Assembly: GCF_963921235.1 (NCBI RefSeq)
Contig: NC_086108.1
Coordinates: 104,410,001-104,474,000 of the forward strand
Length of the DNA stretch: 64,000 nt
From: Mobula hypostoma
Lineage: Eukaryota
Direction of reading: 5' to 3'
Below the pieces are notes generated by a model. That model saw only the letters and a program-made list of their open reading frames with translations. It made no database searches and was not told where the DNA came from. Positions 11,761 through 23,700 of this stretch are shown in pieces. How positions within the stretch are numbered: the stretch's first letter is position 1; the number at the start of each line of letters is the position of its first letter. The position numbers and the translations under genes were made by a program.

Positions 11761-14700
11761 GTAAAGACACCCATTTCATCCAGAATGACTGGGAACTCAG
11801 GGGAAAGTCACAAACAAAGCTAAACTTGATAAATTTCTCATCTTTTGCAGAGTTAAAGGTCCCCTTGAGGAAAATAGATTGGTCACCAAGGTAAGTTTCT
11901 TAATGCAAATTACTTAAATAATGGATAGAAAAATTAACTGAGAAAAGTTGATATAAAATAAATCAGCAGGGATTTTTCCAAAGTCAAGACTATTTATTCT
12001 TTTTCAATACATGGTTCAGAACTATTTTGATGCATGGAACTTTACAACACAGTGCGGGCGTTCAGTCCAGTGTTGTGCTGACCTTTCAACCTGCTCTAAC
12101 ATCAGTCTAACCCTTTCTTCCCGAATATCCGTCTATGTTTCCACAATCCCATGCGCCAATCTCAGTTTCTTGTATGTCCCTAATATATCTGCCTCTACCA
12201 CCATCCCTGGCCTGGCACCACTCTATTTAAAAAAAAGAACATATCTCTGACATCCCCCTATACGATCCTCTCAACATGTTTACATTTACACCCTTGGGGA
12301 AAAAGTCTCTGGCTGTCATTCAGTCTATGCCTCTTATCATCTTGTATCAAATCACCTCTGATCCTCCTTGGCTGCAAAGAGAAAAGCCCTAGCTCACTCA
12401 GCCTATCCTCATACGACATGCTCTGCCAGGCAGCGTCCTGGTAGATCTCCTTTGCACCCTCTCTGAAGTAATGATGAGGAGACGAGAACTGAACGCAGTA
12501 TTCCAAATCAGGTCTAACCAGTGTTTTATTGAGGTGACACATGAACTTGAGGCTCTTGAATTGGATCCTCTGACTAATGAAGGTCAACACACCATATGTC
12601 ATCTTAATTTCAACTTGCACAGAAGATAGTCCTTTACTTTATACTTTATAATTTATACTTTATTGTCGCCAAACAATTGATACTAGAGCAAACAATCATC
12701 ACAGCGATATTTGATTTTGCTCTTCGTGCTCCCTGGAGTACAAATCAATAGTAAATATTAAAAATTTAAATTATAAATCATAAATAGAAAATAGAAAAAT
12801 GGAAATTAAGGTAGTGCAAAAAAAAACGAGAGGCAGGTCCGGATATTTGGAGGGTACGGCCTAGATCCGGGTCAGGATCTGTTCAGCAGTCTTATCATAG
12901 TTGGAAAGAAGCTGTTCCCGAATCTGGCCGTACGTGTCTTCAAGCTCCTGAGCCTTCTCCCGGAGGGAAGAGGGACGAAAAGTGTGTCCGTTTATTTTTT
13001 TTCTGCCAAAGTGCATAACCATACACTTTCCAACATTGTACTTCATTTGCCACTTCTCTGCCCATTCTTCCAATCTATCCAAGTCTCTCTGCAGACTCTC
13101 CGTTTCCTCAGCACTACCGGCCCCTCCACCTACCTTCGTATCGTCAGCAAACTTAGCCACAAAGCCATCTATTTCATAATCCAAATCGTTGATGTACAAT
13201 GTAAAAAGAAGCGGCCCCAACACTGATCCCTGTGGAACACCATTGGTAACCGGCAGCCAACCAGAATAGGATCCCTTTATTCCCACTCTCTGTTTCCTGC
13301 CAATCAGCCAACGCTCTATCCACGTATGTAACTTTCCCATAATTCCATGGGCTCTTATCTTGTTAAGTAGCCTCATGTGTGGCACCTTGTCAAAGGCCTT
13401 CTGAAAATCCAAATATACACCATCCACTGCATCTCCCTTGTCCAGCCTACTGGTAATTTCCTCAAAAAATTGTAATAGGTTTTTCAGGCAGGATTTTCCT
13501 TTAAGGAATCCATGCTGAGTTCTGCCTATCTTGTCATATGCCTCCAGGTACTCTGTAACCTCATCCTTGACAATTGACTCCAACAACTTCCCAACCACGG
13601 ATGTCAAGCTAACAGGTCTATAATTTCCTTTTTGCTTCCTTACCCCCTTCTTAAATAGCAGAGTGACATTTGCAATCTTCCATTCCTCCAGAACCATGCC
13701 AGAATCTATCGACCTTTGAAAGATCATCGCTAATGCCTCCGCAATCTCCACAGCTACCTCCTTCAGAACACGAGGGTGCATTCCATCTGGTCCAGGAGAT
13801 TTATCTACCTTTAGCCTATTCAACTTCCTGAGTACTTTGTCTATCGTAATTGTGACTGCGCACACTTCTCTTCCCTGCCACCCTTGAGTGTCCGGTATAC
13901 TGCTGATGTCTTCCTCAGTGAAGACTGATGCAAAATACTCGTTCAGTTCCTCTGCCATCTCCTCGTCTCCCGTTACAATTTCTCCAGCATCATTTTCTAT
14001 CGGTCCTATATCTACTCTCACCTGTCTTTTACTCTTTATATACTTGAAAAAGCTTTTAGTATCCTCTTCGATATTATTTGCTAGCTTCCTTTCATAGTTA
14101 ATCTTTTCTCTCTTAATGACCTTCTTGGTTTCCTTTTGTAAGGTTTTAAAAACTTCCCAATCCTCTGTCTTCCCACTAATTTTTGCTTCCTTGTATGCCC
14201 TCTCCTTTGCTTTAACTTTGGCTTTGACTTCTCTTGTCAACCACGGTTGCATCCTTTTTCCACTCGAAAATTTCTTCTTTTTTGGGATATACCTGTCTTG
14301 CACATTCCTCATTTCTCGCATAAACTCCAGCCACTGTTGCTCTGCTGTCTTTCCTGCCAGTGTCCCTTTCCAGTCAACTTTGGCCAGTTCCTCTCTCATG
14401 CCACTGTAATTTCCTTTACTCCACTGAAATACCGACACATCAGATTTCGGCTTCTCTTTTTCTAATTTCACAGTGAACTCAATCATGTTATGATCACTGC
14501 CTCCTAAGGTTTCCTTCACCTCAATCTCTCCAATCACCTCCGGTTCATTACACAATACCCAATCCAGTACAGCTGATCCCCTAGTGGGCTCAACAACAAG
14601 CTGTTCTAAAAAGCCATCTCGCAGACATTCTACAAATTCTCTCTCTTGAGATCCAGTGCCGACCTGATTTTCCCAACCTACTCGCATGTTAAAATCCCCC

Positions 14701-17700
14701 ACAATTATCATAACACTGCCCTTCTGACAAGCCTTTTCTATTTCCTGTTGTAATTTGTAGTCCACATCCCTGCAGCTGTTTGGAGGCCTATAAATAACTG
14801 CCATCAGGGTCCTTTTACCCCTGCTATTTCTTGGCTCAACCCATAAAGATTCTGCACCTTCCAATCCTATATCACCTCTTTCTAATGATTTAATATCATT
14901 TCTTACCAATAAAGCCACGTCTCCCCCTCTGCCTACCTTCCTATCCTTCCGATACACCGTGTATCCTTGGACATTCAGCTCCCAGAGACATGCATCCTTT
15001 AGCCAGGTCTCAGTGATGGTCACAATATCATACCTGCCAATCTGTAGCTGTACAACAAGTTCATCCACCTTATTCCTTATGCTGCGTGCATTTAAGTACA
15101 ACACCTTAAGACCAGTATTTGATACTTTTTGCTTTGATTTCATTGCAACTTTATTGCACTGCAACTCATCCCAATGGCTACAAATTTACCCCATAACCTG
15201 CCTGTCTTTCCTGACATCTTTACTGCTCACTATCTTAGATTTATTTCTGTTTTCCCCTTCCTCCGCTCTATCGTTCAGGTTCCCATCCCCCTGCCAAATT
15301 AGTTGAAACCCTCCCTAACAGCTCTATTAAACCTCCCCGCCCAGATATTGGTCCCCTTCGGGTTCAGGAGTAACCCGTCCATTTTGAACAGGTCATACTT
15401 CCCCCAGAAGAGATCCCAATGATCCAGGAATCTGAAGCCCTGCCCCCTGCACCAGTCTCTCAGCCACACATTCATCTGCCTGATCCTACTATTCTTGCCC
15501 TCGCTAGCATGTGGCACAGGTAGCAATCCCGAGATTACTACCCTGGAGGTCCTGCTTCTCAGCTTCCTTCCTAACTCCTGGAAATCTCTCTTCAGGACCT
15601 CCTCCATTGTCCTATCTACGTCATTGGTACCAACATGTACCAAGACAACTGGCTGCTCACCCTCCCCCTTTAGAATATTCAGGACCCGATCCGAGACATC
15701 CCGTACCCTGGCACCTGGGAGGCAACACACCATGCGGGTATCTCTAAGCAACACACATCAAAGTTCCTGGTGAACGCAGCAGGCCAGGCAGCATCTCTAG
15801 GAAGAGGTGCAGTCAACGTTTCAGGCCGAGACCCTTCGTCAGGACTAACTGAAGGAAGAGTGAGTAAGAGATTTGAAAGTGGGAGGGGGAGGGGGAGATC
15901 CAAAATGATAGAAGACAGGAGGGGGAGGGATGGAGCTAGGAGCTGGACAGGTGATTGGCAAAAGGGATACGAGGGGATCATGGGACAGGAGGTCCGGGAA
16001 GAAAGACAAGTGGGGGGGGGGGAACCCAGAGGATGGCCAAGGGGTATATTCAGAGGGAGAAAGGGGAGAGTGAGAGAAAGAATGTGTGTATAAAAATAAG
16101 TAACAGATGGGGTATGAGGGGGAGGTGGGGCATTAGCGGAAGTTAGAGAAGTCGATGTTCATGCCATCAAGTTGGAGTCTACCCAGACGGAATATAAGGT
16201 GTTGTTCCTCCAACCTGAGTGTGGCTTCATCTTTACAGTACAGGAGGCCGTGGATAGACATGTCAGAATGGGAATGGGATGTGGAATTAAAATGTGTGGC
16301 CACTGGGAGATCCTGCTTTCTCTGGCGGACAGAGGGTAGGCATTCAGCAAAGCGGTCTCCCAGTCTGCGTCGGGTCTCGCCAATATATAAGAGGCCACAT
16401 CGGGAGCACCGGACGCAGTATATCACCCCAGCCGACTCACAGGTGAAGTGTCGCCTCACCTGGAAGGACTGTTTGGGGCCCTGAATGGTGGTAAGGGAGG
16501 AATTGTAAGGGCATGTGTAGCACTTGTTCCGCTTACACGGATAAGTGCCAGGAGGGAGATCAGTGGGGAGGGATGGGGGGACGAATGGACAAGGGAGTCG
16601 TGTAGGGAGCGATCCCTGCGGAAAGCAGAGGGTGGGGGAGGGAAAGACGTGTTTAGTGGTGGGATCCCGTTGGAGGTGGCGGAAGTTACGGAGAATAATA
16701 TGTTGGACCCGGAGGCTGGTGGGGTGGTAGGTGAGTACCAGGGGAACCCTATTCCTAGTGGGGTGGCGGGAGGATGGAGTGAGAGCAGATGTACGTGAAA
16801 TGGGGGAGATGCATTTAAGAGCAGAGTTGATAGTGGAGGAAGGGAAGCCCCTTTCTTTAAAAAAGGAAGACATCTCCCTCGTCCTAGAATGAAAAGCCTC
16901 ATCCTGAGAGCATATGCGGCGGAGACGGAGGAATTGCGAGAAGGGGATGGCGTTTTTGCAAGAGACAGGGTGAGAAGAGGAATAGTCCAGATAGCTGTGA
17001 GAGTCAGTAGGCTTATAGTAGACATCAGTGGATAAGCTGTCTCCAGAGACAGAGACAGAAAGATCTAGAAAGGGGAGGGAGGTGTCAGAACTGGACCAGG
17101 TAAACTTGAGGGCAGGGTGAAAGTTGGAGGCAAAGTTAATAAAGTCAATGAGCTTGTTGACTTTATTCCTATTCTGGTATCTGTCCCCCACTTTTCCTTC
17201 GCTACATCGACGACTGCATTGGCGCTGCTTCCTGCACACATGCAGAACTCGTTGACTTTATTAACTTTGCCTCCAACTTTCACCCTACCCTCAAGTTTAC
17301 CTGGTCCATTTCCGACACCTCCCTCCCCTTTCTAGATCTTTCTGTCTCCGTCTCTGGAGACAGCTTATCCACTGATGTCTACTATAAGCCTACTGACTCT
17401 CACAGCTATCTGGACTATTCCTCTTCTCACCCTGTCTCTTGCAAAAACGCCATCCCCTTCTCGCAATTCCTCCGTCTCCGCCGCATCTGCTCTCAGGATG
17501 AGGCTTTTCATTCTAGGATGAGGGAGATGTCTTCCTTTTTTAAAGAAAGGGGCTTCCCTTCCTCCACTATCAACTCTGCTCTTAAACGCATCTCCCCCAT
17601 TTCACGTACATCTGCTCTCACTCCATCCTCCCGCCACCCCACTAGGAATAGGGTTCCCCTGGTCCTCACCTACTACCCCACCAGCCTCCGGGTCCAACAT

Positions 17701-20700
17701 ATTATTCTCTGTAAGTTCCGCCACCTCCAACGGGATCCCACCACTAAACACATCTTTCCCTCACCCCCCCCGCTTTCCGCAGGGATTGCTCCCTACGAGA
17801 CTCCCTTGTCCATTCGTTCCCCCCCATCCCTCCCCACTGATCTCCCTCCTGACACTTATCCGTGTAAGCGGAACAAGTGCTACACATGCCCTTACAATTC
17901 CTCCCTTATCACCATTCAGGGCCCCAAACGGTCCTTCCAGGTGAGGTGACACTTCACCTGTGAGTCGGCTGGGGTGATATACTGCGTCCGGTGCTCCCGA
18001 TGTGGCCTTTTATATATTGGCGAGACCCGACGCAGACTGGGAGACCGCTTTGCTGAACGCCTACCCTCTGTCCGCCAGAGAAAGCAGGATCTCCCAGTGG
18101 CTACACATTTTAATTCCACATCCCATTCCCATTCTGACATGTCTATCCACGGCCTCCTGTACTGTAAAGATGAAGCCACACTCAGGTTGGAGGAACAACA
18201 CCTTATATTCCGTCTGGGTAGCCTCCAACCTGATGGCATGAACATCGACTTCTCTAACTTCCGCTAATGCCCCACCTCCCCCTGTACCCCATCTGTTACT
18301 TATTTTTATACACACATTCTTTCTCTCACTCTCCTTTTTCTCCTTCTGTCCCTCTGAATATACCCCTTGCCCATCCTCTGGGTTCCCCCCCCCCGTCTTT
18401 CTTCCCGGACCTCCTGTCCCATGATCCCCTCGTATCCCCTTTGCCAATCACCTGTCCAGCTCCTAGCTCCATCCCTCCCCCTCCTGTCTTCTCCTATCAT
18501 TTTGGATCTCCCCCTCCCCCTCCCACTTTCAAATCTCTTACTCACTCTTCCTTCAGTCAGTCCTGACGAAGGGTCTCGGCCTGAAACGTCGACTGCACCT
18601 CTTCCTAGAGATGCTGCCTGGCCTGCTGCGTTCACCAGCAACTTTGATGTGTGTTGCTTAAATTCACAGCATCTGCAGAATTCCTGTTGCTTACATTTTC
18701 AAATGCGGGTATCTCTGTCAGGCTCACAGAATCTCCTGTCTGTTCCCCTTCTATGGAATCCCCCACGACTACCGCATTTCTCTTCTCTCTCCTTCTCTCC
18801 TGCACAACAGTGCCAGGCTCAGTGCCAGAGACCCGGTCACCGTGGGCGTCCCCTGTCAGGTCATCCCCCTGAACAGCATCCAGAACAAGATATTTGTTGC
18901 TGAGGGGGACAGCCACAGGGGTGCTCTCCATTATCCGGGCATTTCCCTTCCCTCTCTTGACAGTGACCCAGTTTTCTGACCCCTGTAGCCTAGGGATGAC
19001 TACCTCCCTGTAGCTCCTGTCTTTCACCTCTTCACTTTCCCTGATAAGTAGTAGGTCATCAAGCTGCAGCTCCAGATCCCTAACACGGTCTCTGAGGAGC
19101 TGCAACTTGGTGCACCTGGCGCAGATGCAGCCATCAGGGAGGCTGGAGGTCTCCCAGGATTCCCACATCTGACACCCTGAACAAAGCACTAACCCTGCAA
19201 GCATGCTACCTAATTCTACAGGAATGAAACAGGAAAAATAAGTGTACTCACCTACTTGCCTCGCCAAACAGACGAACTTTTTAAATCGTTAGCTCGTACC
19301 GTTAGCTGTGAGAGCCCTGCTGCTCCTGTCTGTCCAGGCCGATTCGCGAAAGGGGTGGGGGGGGGGAAGGAAAAAAAGTTTGCGCTTCGCTCTCGCCTCT
19401 TCCCGTTTACCGCCGAAGCCCGTTGAAGCCAAAGCCCTACACTCTGCTGCCACTCACTCCACTGCCTGCTATATAGGGTGGTCTCCTTTTTAAACTCTCC
19501 GCACGGTCCTGCTGACATCACGCGCCTGCGCAGTCTCGCCCTTCTTGCACTCGAAGAAGTTTTAAAAAAAAAACTGCCTTCCTTCAGAATTCAGCTCCCA
19601 CGACGCTCTGTAGTCCCGATCAAAAGGGATTATTATACGGGATTATATACGGGATTATTAGTGAGTTGTGGGCATGCTAAATTGGCACCAGGGGAAAATG
19701 TTAACATAAATGACACATTTCACTGTCTACTGTGATGTTTCAATGTACATGTGACAAATAAAGCTAATCTTTAATCTTCCATCTTTTAACCATAAATAGC
19801 ACAATCACCCAAAACCAGGAGGAACAAACTTAAATCATGCTTAGAAGGAGACAACGAAAACTATTTCCACCCAGAAAATGGTAGGGATCTGAAACTCAGC
19901 CTGCAAGAATGAGTGAGGCAGCTGTAAAAACCAATCTTCCATCTTTGGATTCACTTTAAAAGTAAACAGACTATTATCTAAATGGGGAAAAAATTCAAAG
20001 TTCTGAGATGCAACGGGACTTGGGAGTCCTCGTACAGGATACCCTTAAAGTTAACCTCCAGGTTGAGTCAGTAGTGAAGAAGGCAAATGCAATGTTGGCA
20101 TTCACTTCTAGAAGAATAGAGTATAGGAGCAGGGATGTGATGTTGAGGCTCTATAAGGCGCTGGTGAGACCTCACTTGGAGTACTGTGGGCAGTTTTGGT
20201 CTCCTTATTTAAGAAAGGATGTGCTGACGTTGGAGAGGGTACAGAGAAGATTCACTAGAATGATTCCGGGAACGAGAGGGTTAACATATGAGGAACGTTT
20301 GTCTGCTCTTGGACTGTATTCCTTGGAGTTTAGAAGAATGAGGGGAGACCTCATAGAAACATTTCGAATGTTAAAAGGCATGGACAGAGTGGATGTGGCA
20401 AAGTTGTTTCCCATGATGGGGGAGTCTAGTACAAGAGGGCATGACTTAAGGATTGAAGGGCGCCCTTTCAGAACAGAAATGCGAAGAAATATTTTTAGTC
20501 AGAGGGTGGTGAATCTATGGAATTTATTGCCACGGGTAGCAGTGGAAGCCAAGTCATTGGGTGTATTTAAGGCAGAGATTGATAGGTATCTGAGTAGCCA
20601 GGGCATCAAAGGTTATGGTGAGAAGGCAAGGGAGTGGGACTAAATAGGAGAAAATGGATCAGCTCAAGATAAAATGGCGGAGCAGACTCGATGGGCCGAA

Positions 20701-23700
20701 TGGCCTACTTCTGCTCCTTTGTCTTATGGTCTTATATCCTTGGAATGTGGGATGAAACCAGGTCACCCAGAAGAAACCCCCCACAGTCAAAGGGAGAAAG
20801 TACAAACTTCTTACAGACAGTGGAGGGAATTGGTCCCGGATCAGTGATCGCTGGCACTGTACTCATCAATTAAATCACCTCCCGGCCTCTTATTTTCCAA
20901 ATAAATTAAGCCCTGGCTTCTCCAATCTTTTCTGATGGCTAGAACTCTGACAAAGTCCTTCAGCACCTTGTCCAGTGCAATCTGTAATTCATCAACCTGA
21001 TCTGTATGCAGTATTCAGAGTACGTTTCTTTATTCATTCGGGGGATATCATAATATAATAGAGGAGTAAAAGCAGGCAGTTTGGCCCATCGAGTCTTGTC
21101 CACCATTCAATCATGGCTTGATCCAACTCTTCCAGTCATCTCCGCCCCCCTGCCTTCTCCCCATACCCTTTGATGCCCTGGCTAATCAAGAACCTATCTA
21201 TCTCTGTCTTAAATACACCCAATGACTTTGCCTCCATAACCACTCGAGGCAACAAATTCCACAAATTTATCACCCTCTGACTAAAGTAGTTTCTCCATAT
21301 CTCTGTTCTAAATAGACATCCTTCAATCCTGAAGTTGTGCCCTCTTGTCCTAGGATCCCCTACCATGGGAAATAATTTAGCCATATCTAATCTGTTCAGG
21401 CCTGTTAACATTCGGAATGTTTCTGTGAGATCCCCCCTCATTCTCCTGAACTCCAGAGAATACAGTCCAAGAGCTGCCTGGCGTTCCTCTTATGGTAATC
21501 CTTTCATTCCTGGAATGAATCTCGTGAATCTTCTGTGACCCATCTCAATTGTCAGTATATCCTTTCTAAAATAAGGAGCCCAAAACTGCACACAATACTG
21601 CAAGTGTGGTCTTACGAGTACCTTAGGGAGCCTCAACATCACATCCCTGCTCTTATATTTTACACCTCTAGAAATGAATGGCAACACTGCATTTGCCTTC
21701 ACCACTGACTCAGCCTGGAGGTTAACCTTTAGGGTATCCTGCACAAGGACTTCCAAGTCCCTTTGCATCTCTGGATTTCAAATTCTCTCAATCTAAATAA
21801 TAGTTTCCACATTTATTACTTTCACCGAAGTGCATGTCCATACACTTCCAACATTGTATTTCATTTGCCACTTCTTTGCCCATTCCCTTAAATTACCTAA
21901 GTCTCTCTGCAAGCTGTCTGTTTCCTCAACACTACCTGCTCCTCCACCTATCTTTATATCATCGGCAAATTTAGATTAGATTAGATTAGATTCAACTTTA
22001 TTGCCATTGTGCAGAGTACAGATACAAAGCCAATGAAATGCAGTTAGCATCTGACCAGAAATGCAAAGAATAGTATTATTTACAAAATAACTGCGAATAA
22101 AAAGTAAGTGCTACAGCATACAAATATAAAAGTACTGAGACAGTACAATATGGGTGCAATACTGCTTAGTGCTGTGATGTGAGGTTCAGCAGGGTCACAG
22201 CCTCAGGGAAGAAGCTCTTCCTGTGCCTGCTGGTGTGGGAGCGGAGGCTCCTGTAGCGCCTACCAGATGGGAGGAGAGTAAAAGGTCCATGGTTAGGGTG
22301 AGATGCATCCTTGATAATGCTTTTCGCCCTGCCCAGACAGTGTTTATAGTAGATGTTCTCAATGGTGGGCAACTGGGTACCGATAATCCGCTGGGCAGTT
22401 TTCACCACCTGCTGGAGTGCTTTGCAGTCCGATACAGGAAAATTGCCATACCACACTGAGATGCAGTTGGTGAGTATGCTCTCATTGGTACAGCGGTAAA
22501 AGTCCATCAGTATCCTGGGACAGAGGTGAGCTTTCTTGATGCTCCGCAGGAAATAAAGGCGCTGTTGCACCTTTTTGATCAGGATGGCGGAGTTCAGGGA
22601 CCAGATGAGATCCTTGGAAATGTGGACTCCAAGGAATTTGAAGCTTGATGCACGCTCTACTGCAGCTCCATTGATGGAGACATCCCGTGAGTGTGACTCC
22701 TAGCTTGCCTGAAGTCCACAATGATCTCCTTGGTCTTCTGGGTGTTAAGGGCCAGATTGTTGTCGGCACACCATGCGGCCAGATGCTGGACCCCATCCCT
22801 GTAGGCCGTCTCGTCATCCCCTCTGATCAGACCAATCACCGTGGTGTCATCTGCGAACTTGATTATGGAGTTAGAACCATGTACAGGAACAGTCATAGGT
22901 GAAAAAGGAGTACAGAAGAGGGCTCAGCACACAGCCTTGAGGCATGCCGATGTTCAGGGTGAGAGTGCAGAAGGAGAAGTTGTCTAACTTAACTGATTGG
23001 GGTCTGTTAGTCAGAAAGTCCAAGGTCCAATTGCAGAGGGATGAGTTGATACCAAGCTGGCTAAGTTTGGTGATCAGCTTGGAGGGGATCACAGTATTGA
23101 ATGCCAAACTAAAGTCAATGAACAGCATTCTGATGTGAGATTTTTAGCCAAAAATCCATTAATCCGAATCATTGACATACATCATAAAAAGCAGCGGTCC
23201 CAGCACTGACCCCTGTGGAACTCCACTGGTAACCGGCAGCCAGCCAGAACAGGATCCCTTTAGTCCCACTCTCCATTTTCTGCCGACCAGCCAATGCTCC
23301 ACCCATGCTAGTAACTTCCCTGTAATTCCATGGGCTCTTATCTTGCTAAGCAGCCCATGTGGGGTACCTTGTCAAAGGTCTCCTGAAAATTCAAGTACAC
23401 CACATCATCTGCATCTCCTTTGTCTACCCTGCTTGTAATTTCCTCAAAAAAGTGCAGTAGATTTGTCAGGCAGGATATTCCTTTCAGAAAACCATGCTGG
23501 TTTTGGTTTATCTTGTCATGTGCCTCCAGGTATTCTGTAATCTCATCTCTAACAATGGATTCCAACAACATCCCAAACACTGATGTCAGTCTATAGTTTC
23601 CTTTCCGCTGCCTCCCACCCTTCTGAAATAGGGGAGTAACATTTTCAATTTTCCAGTTATCTGGTACAGTGCCAGAATCTATCGATGCTTGAAAGATCAT

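Larger units (their letters stand above)
15746..18702. mobile_element. Penelope-like element (RT + GIY-YIG) inserted as an inverted, fold-back pair with a 14-bp TSD
   Basis: Left arm 15746-~17150 (minus) and right arm ~17169-18702 (plus). RT motif LRYIDD at 17203-17214 and GIY-YIG motif [35 protein letters not shown] at 15732-15745 and 18703-18716. Confidence 0.93.
12985..19625 (-). mobile_element. CR1 LINE 5' part: 5' UTR, ORF1 (Cys-rich/coiled-coil/SGNH esterase, interrupted by Penelope) and an open ORF2 with APE endonuclease and RT
   Basis: ORF 12861-15164 (767 aa) has [34 protein letters not shown] and FADD. ORF1 pieces at 15299-15745 and 18703-19204 (CSGC..CARC, VHVGTND, DGL). Confidence 0.93.

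Noticed and set aside
11274..11894. 206-aa ORF as a standalone TLDc gene
   Set aside because: It is two exons plus an in-frame intron of the multi-exon IFI44-like gene, and strong splice sites are present.
16133..17239. 368-aa ORF as an intact Penelope protein or a domesticated nuclease
   Set aside because: It is 5'-truncated. Its N-terminus is antisense spacer sequence, it has a locally frameshifted stretch, and the twin arm has a stop at ~17947.
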